From the NCBI GenBank assembly GCA_963727825.1, contig CAVSHO010000008.1, positions 1 to 64,000 of the forward strand: a stretch of DNA of 64,000 nucleotides. The letters run 5' to 3'. This document shows, one piece after another, positions 1 through 9,096 of this stretch (positions within the stretch are counted from its first letter, which is position 1; each line of letters opens with the position of its first letter). Position numbers and translations under genes: made by a program. The notes under the pieces were generated by a model. The model was not told the origin of the DNA and made no database searches. It saw only the letters and a program-made list of their open reading frames with translations. This stretch comes from Ignavibacteriota bacterium. Its GTDB lineage: Bacteria; Bacteroidota; Ignavibacteria; UBA10030.

Positions 1-75
1 GAAGAGAAGAAACGGATCCTTGATATCCTCACTTTCGAATCTTCCCGCAATACAGGAGGTTTGCCGAATGCGTAA
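1..75 (+). CDS. C-terminal end of a CDS entering from outside the window
   Basis: Frame 1 open (EEKKRILDILTFESSRNTGGLPNA*), stop overlaps next start. Confidence 0.4.
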   Translation, partial: EEKKRILDILTFESSRNTGGLPNA

Positions 76-448
76 ACTTCTCTTTTCAGTGCTATTGTTA
101 TTTCTTGTTTCCTGCAAGCTTCCAACAGCAGCAGATGATCCCAGCATTGTCAGCAATCTCCGTTTCACTCCGAGCGCGTTTGATTCGTTCACCAAGAACA
201 CAGAAGTCCAATACACTTTGAAGAATCCGGTTGCAGTAAATATCTCGATTGTCAAAAGGGATTCATCCGGACAGGAATTTCTCGTCAGAACCATCGCAGA
301 AGTGATTCACGAAACCAAGGGAACGCATCGACACACTTGGCTTGGTGATACAGAAAAAGGTCTATTTGCTCCGATCGGTACATACATCGGACTAATTCAG
401 ATCGAATCCCAACAGTTCGAAGCAACTGTTCTTGTCTATCACTTCTAG
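68..448 (+). CDS. Lipoprotein with FlgD-Ig/T9SS-CTD-like domain
   Basis: AGGAGG SD before ATG 68; lipobox LVSC; FTP..F..TEVQYTL...VRTI...G.H...W.G....G.Y pattern. Confidence 0.6.
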   Translation: MRKLLFSVLLLFLVSCKLPTAADDPSIVSNLRFTPSAFDSFTKNTEVQYTLKNPVAVNISIVKRDSSGQEFLVRTIAEVIHETKGTHRHTWLGDTEKGLFAPIGTYIGLIQIESQQFEATVLVYHF

Positions 449-516
449 AGCAAAAACATGACACAAAGAAATCAAAATGGGGGTTCATTCATCATTCACA
501 AATCAAAGAGGTTCAT

Positions 517-1329
517 ATGATTACCCACAAAAGTATCATCGCAACTGTTTTCGTTGCGCTTGTTGTTATTGTCATTCTTATCTCGTGTGAGAGAAGCAAG
601 CAAGCCACCGAGAACACATCATCCACTGATCTTCCTCAACTCCAATTTGAGGCAACTGGCGAGGATTATCTCATTTCAGCCCTCGACGAGCTCGACGCTA
701 TTGCAGATTGGTCGCCCGGCAAAGCAAATGCCAAAGGCATCTCTATCATTCCTTCAAGGAATCAAGTGAGTGCACTTGCAAAAACAAGCATCGACACAGT
801 CATCATTTACGGTGCGCTTACCGAGGATGGATATGGTGCTACCATCACTGAGCGATATACTCATCCCAAAGGCATTCCGTTGATTACAATCAGGAAATCC
901 TATGGGAAGGGAAATGGTCATGTCGTTACCGACACTAAGAGGTATATCTCGCATACTGACTACCTCAATGATAATGCGCAGCAGAGCAATATCACAGAAG
1001 TGTTCGGTCTTAGTTCCGACACAATCGTCACACACGTCCTTCGTAATGGAACACTTGAAACTTACACGTTCCGCTTGCCGGTTGTAACCCGAACTATTAA
1101 TCCTCTGGATGGATCGGTAAAGGTGTCAACACGATATGCTCAGGATAGCATGGTCGTTACCGAAGTCAGAGACGGAAATGGAATTCTTTCACAGCTCCGA
1201 AGGACATATGGTAGTTCCAATGGCAGTCTTGTCACTCGCATCGAATATGCAGACGGTACCTGGAGACAGACTCGCACACTTGGAAGGTCTGATGGTTCTA
1301 TCCTGCGTGAAATAACATCCGGCAACTAA
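517..1329 (+). CDS. Hypothetical lipoprotein, beta-rich
   Basis: 270-aa ORF with hydrophobic N-terminus and lipobox LISC; GAGG SD. Confidence 0.65.
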   Translation: MITHKSIIATVFVALVVIVILISCERSKQATENTSSTDLPQLQFEATGEDYLISALDELDAIADWSPGKANAKGISIIPSRNQVSALAKTSIDTVIIYGALTEDGYGATITERYTHPKGIPLITIRKSYGKGNGHVVTDTKRYISHTDYLNDNAQQSNITEVFGLSSDTIVTHVLRNGTLETYTFRLPVVTRTINPLDGSVKVSTRYAQDSMVVTEVRDGNGILSQLRRTYGSSNGSLVTRIEYADGTWRQTRTLGRSDGSILREITSGN

Positions 1330-1333
1330 TCAT

Positions 1334-2014
1334 ATGCACGGCATCCACAAAATAGGTTCCATCGTAACGAGCGTGATCCTGTTATCATCGCTCACGTGGA
1401 TTGCTTTGTATGGGCAATCCGTTCCCGTCTTTCCCCCCGAGGCGGGGGCGGTTCCCATTTATAAAATTATTGATAGCCTCCAATTACAACAGATTGAAAT
1501 CGATATCCAGAAGGCAGAGGAGCAAGTATCACAAACTAATTTCTTCCATCGATTGATTCCCAATATGAGCATCTCTGCAAGCTATGGAATCGGCAATCTC
1601 TTATTTATCGATCCGTCATCCAATGCAACATATGTAATGCCCAAGGATGCATATCGGCTTTCTTTGAATCTTTCATTAAGCGAGTTATTCTTTTCTTCAA
1701 AGCATTCAGACGCAATACTACAACTATCAAGACTTCAAACGGAGTATCAACATATGAAATATCTACAGGAAGCTAATCTAATGGCTCAACGATTAGAGCT
1801 ACAATCCATCGATGAGAAGCTCAAATTGCTTGAAACGAAAACTCCAGTGATTCAAGATTTGATACGCTTTAATGAAATGCGTTTCGAGCAAGGAAAGATT
1901 GAATATGATGCATTGGTAAGAACCAAACTCGAATTGCTCACTTTGCAATCAGATATCAATGCCCTCGAACACCAACGGACTCAATTATTACTCAAACTAT
2001 CGGAGAGACAATGA
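1334..2014 (+). CDS. TolC/OEP-family-like protein, half-length
   Basis: Signal peptide; IP.MSISASY and YRLSLNLSL beta strands; RFEQGKIEYDALVRTKLELL helix typical of OEP repeats; only 226 aa. Confidence 0.6.
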   Translation: MHGIHKIGSIVTSVILLSSLTWIALYGQSVPVFPPEAGAVPIYKIIDSLQLQQIEIDIQKAEEQVSQTNFFHRLIPNMSISASYGIGNLLFIDPSSNATYVMPKDAYRLSLNLSLSELFFSSKHSDAILQLSRLQTEYQHMKYLQEANLMAQRLELQSIDEKLKLLETKTPVIQDLIRFNEMRFEQGKIEYDALVRTKLELLTLQSDINALEHQRTQLLLKLSERQ

Positions 2015-2319
2015 GTATATATAAAATCCTTTGCTTCTTTGTTCTTTCATTCTTTCTTGCATCCTGCATCTACCTTGCTGCAGAAGACACACCAGCACAA
2101 AAGAAATCCACTGTTCTCAGATTTACGATTCAATCCGGTGATTCAGCAATGGTGACGGTGTATAATCTGATTGGTAATGTGATCGTGCAAAAGTCTTTTC
2201 ACGAACCCGGCCCACATCGAATAAACATAGAAATATTCAATCTCCCTGCTGGTATCTATCTTGTGCGAATAAAAACTTCGCACAGCACCATAATGAAAAA
2301 AGTGTATGTCATTCCATAA
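2011..2319 (+). CDS. Small secreted protein consisting mostly of a T9SS C-terminal sorting domain
   Basis: Signal peptide plus VTVYNLIGN...NLPAGIYLVRIK....KKV motif. Confidence 0.7.
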   Translation: MSIYKILCFFVLSFFLASCIYLAAEDTPAQKKSTVLRFTIQSGDSAMVTVYNLIGNVIVQKSFHEPGPHRINIEIFNLPAGIYLVRIKTSHSTIMKKVYVIP

Positions 2320-2331
2320 AGCAGGGAAGGA

Positions 2332-2676
2332 ATGATGATCAATGGCGCTGTCGAAATCATTGCCGGTGTTCCGGGGAAGCATCTTGACCCGCTTCTTCTT
2401 GCTCAATCGCAAACCACAGATTCGATCAATCTCATGGTAATCGCATATGAGATACCAAATCCGATTGTGAAAGAGAAGTTCTTCGATCTTCTCTTTCTGA
2501 GAGGTTCTAACATCTTTGATTGTGCTCGTATGAATCAAGATTTACGTTTTCGCTTACAGGTAGAAAAAGTCATTGCAACCTTTAAGACACGGTCCAGTGA
2601 CGAAGGAACAATGATTCATTTCTATAAAGCATCACAGGAATTCAATGGAACAATTTCGTTCGACATTTTATTATGA
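2332..2676 (+). CDS. Hypothetical protein
   Basis: 114-aa ORF with purine-rich SD, in operon order. Confidence 0.55.
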   Translation: MMINGAVEIIAGVPGKHLDPLLLAQSQTTDSINLMVIAYEIPNPIVKEKFFDLLFLRGSNIFDCARMNQDLRFRLQVEKVIATFKTRSSDEGTMIHFYKASQEFNGTISFDILL

Positions 2677-2717
2677 ACCTTGTTTAAAGATTCAGCTTGA
2701 ATCATTAACCAAGAAGA

Positions 2718-3647
2718 GTGTTCAAAAGCTTCTTATCCAGTTCAAGATGCAGACATGGTATAATTGAGTATAACGATTTCTCGCAATCCATTCCCAAGAT
2801 CGATTTGCAGGAAATCAGATCTTCTCAGGAGTTAATCAATTATGTCCCCGTATCAATGAAAGGTCGTTTACTTCTCTATGATATAGATAAGAACAACGAG
2901 CTTATTCAAGAACGATATGATTCCAACATGAACGAGCTTCCACTTCAGTTATCGAAACCAACAGTGCAGCAACATACGCTTATCCTAAAGAAAGATGGAT
3001 CTGATGGAATTCAAAACCAGCAATCTGAAATGATCAATGAAGCCAATGAGTTCGCAGAACTTGTCAAGCAGATGCTCAATAACCCAGCACCTAGACAAGA
3101 CACACCCGGAAATCTTGAATTTGAATTTCCTGAAATGGTCATCAAAACCTCGGATCAAAAACAAATTGATGTTAAGACAGACACTACACATCAGGAACAG
3201 CTTCAGTTCAAGCGCCATTCACGAAGGACCATAAAGAAGCAGACAGAAGAACCAAAAGAGAAAAAGGTTGAAGAGAAGAAAGTCGAAGAGAAAAAAGAAC
3301 AGCAATCTGAAATCATTACTCTCTTTGAACGCATCTTCCGTTCATTCCGCAGGGTTGTTTATGAATGCTTAGGTGAGAAAGGCGAGACGATCATTGCACA
3401 AGCCGAAAGTCAAGCCCGCTTACTGCATCCTGATTTCAGTCTTTCAGCATTAACAGAAGCCAATTCAATTGTCATTCTCGATGTCATTGAAAGTGTCATC
3501 AAGAACGTGCCATTGCTCAAGCGTTCGCGTGTACGCAATGCGGTAGTTATCCTTGTTGCAGATGCTTACAACAAGCAATACGATTTACTTGAACGTACAA
3601 AGGCACTCGACCGATTCGAGCAGTTCTATTATGAGTTAAAGAGGTAA
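2718..3647 (+). CDS. Hypothetical protein with charged linker and helical C-terminal domain
   Basis: 309-aa ORF; start uncertain. Confidence 0.6.
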   Translation: MFKSFLSSSRCRHGIIEYNDFSQSIPKIDLQEIRSSQELINYVPVSMKGRLLLYDIDKNNELIQERYDSNMNELPLQLSKPTVQQHTLILKKDGSDGIQNQQSEMINEANEFAELVKQMLNNPAPRQDTPGNLEFEFPEMVIKTSDQKQIDVKTDTTHQEQLQFKRHSRRTIKKQTEEPKEKKVEEKKVEEKKEQQSEIITLFERIFRSFRRVVYECLGEKGETIIAQAESQARLLHPDFSLSALTEANSIVILDVIESVIKNVPLLKRSRVRNAVVILVADAYNKQYDLLERTKALDRFEQFYYELKR

Positions 3648-3650
3648 TGA

Positions 3651-4727
3651 ATGAAGTGGTTTCATCACGAATGCGCAGCGCGATATGATTCCAAGCTCCA
3701 GATACTTGGCTCCCAGCATGGCGCTGAAGGCATTGGCATCTATTGGGGACTCCTGGAAGAAATCGGCCAGCATTCGGATACTTTTCATCTGAAAGTCATT
3801 GGTGTGGACGAAGAAATCGATCAAACTTTTTCAAAATTCTTGCAGAATTCCAAAGAATCCCAGCAAAAATATTTTGTAATCCCATTTACAGCAACAAGCA
3901 TACCAATACTTCCAATAAAAATTCTTAGCCGAAATCTCTTTGCCTCATCAAAACGAGTGATACAAGTTATCCAAACGGCCGCAGAAATCGGACTCTTCGA
4001 TCTGCAAAAATGGTCTGAATTCAATGTTTTATACAGCCAATCGTTCGAACAACGTGCGGACGACTACACCAGACGATTGCAGCGGACTACGAACAAAATA
4101 CGGACAGACTCCGAACCTTCTACGGACAATGTTCGAACACAATCCGAAGAGACTCCGAACACTCACCGAATTTTGTCAGAAAATGTTCACACAGAAACAG
4201 AAACAAAAGCAGAAACAGAATCAAAGAAAGAAAAAGAAACAGACATGCATGCAAGGGATAAATCTGAATCAAAGAAAAACGAAATCACTTATGAACAACT
4301 CAAAAACGAACCGTATTTGGTCGAATTAGATGAAAAGGGTTTTCAGGAATATTGCCAAACATTCCGCTCGAAGATCGTGAAATGGAACGAGGAACATCGG
4401 AACAAATTCAACTGGAATCCCGCAGATGATGAACTTCGGAAAATATTCCTTGGAGGAACACACGATCGAAAAGTCTCGATGTGCTATGATGCGTACAAAA
4501 TCCTACACGAAAAGATTCATTACCCGGAACTCGTTTTACGCGCTTTGCAGCTGATGCTGAAGGCAAGCGAGAAGACCCGAATAGCCAATCCTTTCGGTTG
4601 GTTGTGGACTTGCCTTCACGGCAATGGAGACGGAACAACTCCTTGGGTTCAGCTTCTCACAGCAGATGAAGAATCGAACATCGGAAACATTCTGCGAAAG
4701 CGTACGACAACTGGACATCCACCGTGA
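3651..4727 (+). CDS. Phage/plasmid-type replication initiator (DUF4373/replisome-organizer-like N-terminus)
   Basis: MKWFHH...DSKL...HGAEGIGIYWGLLEEI N-terminus; low-complexity linker with ETETKAETE; C-terminal NPFGWL. Confidence 0.65.
   Translation: MKWFHHECAARYDSKLQILGSQHGAEGIGIYWGLLEEIGQHSDTFHLKVIGVDEEIDQTFSKFLQNSKESQQKYFVIPFTATSIPILPIKILSRNLFASSKRVIQVIQTAAEIGLFDLQKWSEFNVLYSQSFEQRADDYTRRLQRTTNKIRTDSEPSTDNVRTQSEETPNTHRILSENVHTETETKAETESKKEKETDMHARDKSESKKNEITYEQLKNEPYLVELDEKGFQEYCQTFRSKIVKWNEEHRNKFNWNPADDELRKIFLGGTHDRKVSMCYDAYKILHEKIHYPELVLRALQLMLKASEKTRIANPFGWLWTCLHGNGDGTTPWVQLLTADEESNIGNILRKRTTTGHPP
4083..4181 (+). repeat. 11-bp-period iteron-like array inside the replication gene
   Basis: Eight consecutive 11-mers ending CG(A/G)A (e.g. 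cagactccgaa, gagactccgaa, ccttctacgga) plus one degenerate unit, followed by an A-rich tract. Confidence 0.7.
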
Positions 4728-4780
4728 TAATACGACCAAGAAATACAAAACTAAATCACTAATCAACGAAAGGAAATAAT

Positions 4781-5320
4781 ATGTTCCCGGACTCATTCGC
4801 GCGAGAAATCGCAGAAACATTTATCACAGATATCAAGGATACCTGTGAACAGATCGAAATAGTCGGTTCACTGCGCAGATATAAGCCTGTCGTCGGTGAC
4901 ATCGATATCATATGTATTCCAAAATTCATTCAGGAAGAAGATGAAACACTCTTTGGAGAGCCGGTTCAAACCAATCTTCTCGATAGACGATTATCGCAAT
5001 TTTGTTTTAAGGGCATACTTTCCATAGAATCGAACGGACCAAAAATCAAACGCTTCATAAAGTCGATCGATGGAGAAGATGTTCCAATAGACATCTACAT
5101 AGCAGACAAGAGCACTTGGTGGACACTCATGCTCATTCGAACAGGAAGCAAGAACCACAACATCATGCTTGCACGAGAGAGCCATTGACATGCATATGCA
5201 GCTCAAAGCAGATGGAACCGGATTGCTTTCTCCAGGAGGATCGATCATTCCCATCGAAAGCGAAGAGCATATTTTCGACTTTTAAATCTCCCATATAGAA
5301 TTCCGGAGGATCAGAGAGTG
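4781..5320 (+). CDS. Minimal DNA polymerase X / Pol-beta nucleotidyltransferase (palm+thumb only), frameshifted near 5180 and 5277
   Basis: VGSLRR, GDIDI, IDIY and RTGSKNHN motifs; continuation AIDMHMQLKADG...ESEEHIF and LLNLPYRIPEDQR in shifted frames. Confidence 0.8.
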
Positions 5321-6976
5321 ATTGCTTCCACTCATATCACATTCGCAGAATTCATCTATCTGCTTATTCTCACGACAACCGGTGTCGTTCTGAATGCCAC
5401 AAATGCAATTGTCATTGCTTTTGCGGCTGTCCTGCCGGATATCGATACAGCTGCAAGCATCATTGGAAAAATATGTCCCTTCATTTCAAAACCATTGGAA
5501 CGCCGATTCGGTCATCGGACATTGACTCATTCTTTGATGATGATATTCATTATCGCTATTGCAGGAATTCCAATCCTAATCCTAAAACAAGACATCTACA
5601 TTTGTTCCATAATCGGATATGCTTCACATCCTCTACTGGATACAGCGACAGTGAATGGAGTAAAACTCTTTTATCCATTCTCAAAAGTGAAATGTGTCTT
5701 TCCAATGGAAATGAATCATCCGCATTCCTATCGTCTGCAAACCGGAAGCAAGACGGATTTAATGCTTTCCGTAATCTTCTTTCTCGGCTGCATTCCAACG
5801 CTATTTATTGCTTCTCAGGGCTATGAACGCTTTATCCGTTCTACACAGCAAAACATCGAAGCAGCCGTTCGCGATTACAATGAATATTCCAAAGACTATC
5901 TTGTTTTTGCTGAAGTCCAGGCTTATGATATGTTCACAAAACGGCCATTAACCGGCTCATTTGAAATCGTTGGAGCTCTTAATCCTCAGACTCTCATATT
6001 CAAAGGACAAGACGGTCACCTTCATACACTTGGCAAGAACTTCCACGCAGATTATGTTGCTGAAAAGGTTCTATGCCAAAAAGGAAATCCTGTCTTTGCC
6101 ACTCTCCGTAATATCGATGTGAGCAATCAGATATTGGCTCAGATGTTTTCACTTATAGATACGTCAGCTGAGAACTATTTCTTTGGTGATCTATCAGCAG
6201 CGGATAAGGTCGCAGTGCCGGAAAATATTAAGCTATTTTCTCCGGTTACCGGCAGCAGCAATACAATCAAGCTCAATTATGCGACAGTTGAGGATATCCT
6301 TACATACAATCTCGAATCCGTTTTCATCTCTAAAGGCATTCTGACAATTAAAACCATAATCAAACGAGATACAGTCGCATCGACAATGTCATCAGTGCCA
6401 CCCTACCCAAAGATGGAAAACTATGCACAGCTTTCCATCTTATTGGATCCAAAGAGACAATCACTTTCCTGAAACAGAAAGGAGACACGTTGAAGGAGAA
6501 GGAAATCATTGCGCAGAAGAACTCGGCGCAGTTCTTCTTAGATCAGGTGAATCTCAACGAAGAGAAGATATTCTCCGGTCAACAACAATTTGATGCCTCA
6601 ATAAATGCGATTGACCAAAAGATTGCCAATGCAGAAGAAACCTTCAGAATCGATTCAATGAGCTACAAACATAATTCCCAGCTATCATCAAGCGGATATG
6701 TTTCTTCAAATAATCTTGAAACTGCAAAGTTGAAACTTCCAGAAAGATAAGCTTTTGCTTTCCCAGCTTATTTCTTCACGATCGACAGAAGCTTCGAAAT
6801 CTCGACTTGAAATACACAAACTCCGTTTATCCAATGTTCAATTGAAAGCACGAGCGAAAGTGGCAGAGCTGCAATCAGAAGTCCGTTCCAGAACACGAGG
6901 AATCTTAATCGACATTCGACAAATACTCCGTAATAACAAAACCCAGGTAACATTCATCGTAAAGAGAATAAACTGA
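5318..6976 (+). CDS. YdjM-like membrane metal-dependent hydrolase fused to a C-terminal coiled-coil/membrane-fusion-protein-like region (frameshifts near 6455 and 6745)
   Basis: TH, LPDID, GHRTLTHS and SHPLLD motifs; ORFs 6490-6750 and 6755-6976 continue as KGDTLKEKEIIA, a long heptad coil, then EVRSRTRGILIDI. Confidence 0.65.
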
Positions 6977-7760
6977 TGCAATACGAATGCAAACATTGCC
7001 ATCATATGTATAGCACATTTCATCTTTCGTGTCCCGATTGTGGCAGATGGAATTCTTTCACAAGTCAGTCCCAGCGATTATCGGCAAACCGATGCAAGGC
7101 CTATATCATTGCCCAAGATTAGTTAGTCTTCTGTGAAACGGATTAAAAACAATATAAAGGAAATTGATACAGTGTTAGGAGGAGGGTTTGTTCCCGGGAG
7201 TTCAATTCTACTGGTAGGTCGCCAGGTGTCGGTAAATCAACATTTGTGATTCAAATGCTTTCAAAGATGGATGTTCCATCTCTTGTATGTCACAGGTGAA
7301 GAATCAGTCGATCAAGTGAAGCTAAGAGCAGATCGATTAAAGATTCATTCGAAGGATATTTATTTACTCTTTGAAACGAATGTCAATAAAATCGTTTCTC
7401 ATCATGAGACATCGAAATTCATATTTTGGTAGTCGATTCAATCCAGACCATCTATACAGATACATCCGATACACTCCCTGGGAGTTCAACTCAAATTCGT
7501 AAATGCACTTACATTTTACGCCGTGCAGCTCAAAAGAAGAATTATATCCTCCTCATTATCGGACAAGTGACGAAAGATAAAACAGCTGCAGGCCCTAAAC
7601 TCTTAGAACATGCAGTTGATTTTGTGTTGCATCTTGAAGTACCGGATGAAAAATCAATAATCGTATTCTTTTTGCAAAGAAAAATCGATTCGGTTCCACA
7701 ATTCCAAAATGTGTTTTTTCGATGGGCAGCAAAGGGCTTGAATTTCACAAAGCAAAATGA
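6976..7760 (+). pseudogene. radA: RadA/Sms-like ATPase lacking the Lon-like C-terminal domain, several frameshifts
   Basis: YECKHC...CPDCGRWNSF zinc ribbon; EIDTVLGGGFVPGS; PGVGKST; VTGEES; VVDSIQT; GQVTK..AAGPKLLEHAVD; KNRFG; stop at 7758-7760. Confidence 0.8.
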
Positions 7761-7790
7761 CTGAACAATCAAACAGATCTTCGTCAGGAT

Positions 7791-8778
7791 ATGAGCTTCT
7801 TCGGAAGAACCGAAGAGCTATATCAGCTTGTAAAGAATCTCCAGAGAGGACGACACACGCTTCTCGTTGGAGACAAAGGAATCGGAAAGAGCCGGTTGAT
7901 GCTTGAAGCAAAATGGATTCTTATCCGGAAGGACAAAGAGGATTGATTTCAGTGCGAACTTTATGACGCAGATACGAGGACAGCTTGGTGTTCGCATCAA
8001 TCCCAATCAATACAAGATTCTCTTTATTGAGCATTCCAATCCACTCGGTGATTGTATCAAAGAAATGGCAGAGAAGCTCTATTATAATGGTGACCTTCAT
8101 ATTGAAATGGATTCAGAGCGAGAAGATTGGCTATGGTGAAGAAGAAACTGACAGGACTTGGCAGTGTTCGCTTGCAAGCCACAATCTTTGAAGGAATATC
8201 AAAGTCACCTGAAACATATCTGATTTTCTTTGATAACCTTGACCGGATATCCCCAAGCCAGCAAGCATTCATTGAAACCTTGCTCAATATCGCTGTTATC
8301 TGTGCGGCAGTCGTCGAGATGAAGGAAGATATTTGTTTATCAAACGCATCTGGGCATCGTTTGTGAAGATAGACCTCGAGCCATTGCCGGATGCAGTCTG
8401 TATGGAGATGATCAATTACTTCCTCGACAATTACAATCTACGAATCATCGACCGTGAGCTTTATCGGAGAGAAATCCTAAAGTCATCAAATGGCAATCCA
8501 TTCCATATCAAGAATATGCTTTGGCACGGTTCCCGCGAGAAGTATATCGATACCGAAGAAATCCGAAAACTACGACAAGTCGATGAAGGACATTACTTTC
8601 AACATGGGACCGATCTACATTTTCGGTGTGGCAATGTTCACGATCTTTCAAAATCTTCTCCATCGGAACAGACAATCGAGAGTTCTATATCTATTTCTCA
8701 GCACTTGGTTTTATCGCTTATCTCGTATTCCGAGTGTTCAGGACATTCTTTTTATTCAGGCCACAGAAATATCGATAG
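7791..8778 (+). CDS. AAA+ ATPase with two C-terminal transmembrane helices (reconstructed across about 5 frameshifts)
   Basis: FFGRTEEL...LLVGDKGIGKS Walker A; LIFFDNLD Walker B; SNGNP; hydrophobic C-terminus PIYIFGVAMFTIFKIF...FSALGFIAYLVFRVF. Confidence 0.7.
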
Positions 8779-8781
8779 GCG

Positions 8782-9024
8782 ATGAAGAAGCAGTTAGGTT
8801 CAAATAATTCAGGCGATCATTACGGACTTGAAGCCATAACAGCCGAAGAAATGCAGGAAGCCGTTGCCGATAGTCTTGCTTGTGCAATTGCGAGGATTAT
8901 TTATACCCAAATTATTAAAGAGCAACAAGAGAAACTTTTAACTGATGAAACGTCGGATGAAATGAGCATGATACTTAAATTTCAACCATTTTCCTTAAGA
9001 TTTGCTAAATTCCTCTATCCGTAG
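8782..9024 (+). CDS. Small hypothetical protein upstream of the recombinase
   Basis: 80-aa ORF starting just after the ATPase stop. Confidence 0.45.
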   Translation: MKKQLGSNNSGDHYGLEAITAEEMQEAVADSLACAIARIIYTQIIKEQQEKLLTDETSDEMSMILKFQPFSLRFAKFLYP

Positions 9025-9096
9025 TATTCATATCACAAATATTTTTTGGTATAAGAATACATGGATAAATAGGAAAGGAAAATATAGTGTGCAATA

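Noticed and set aside
3255-3300. Repeat encoding EKKVEEKKVEEKK
   Set aside because: 15-bp codon-phase low-complexity linker with no sign of DNA-level function
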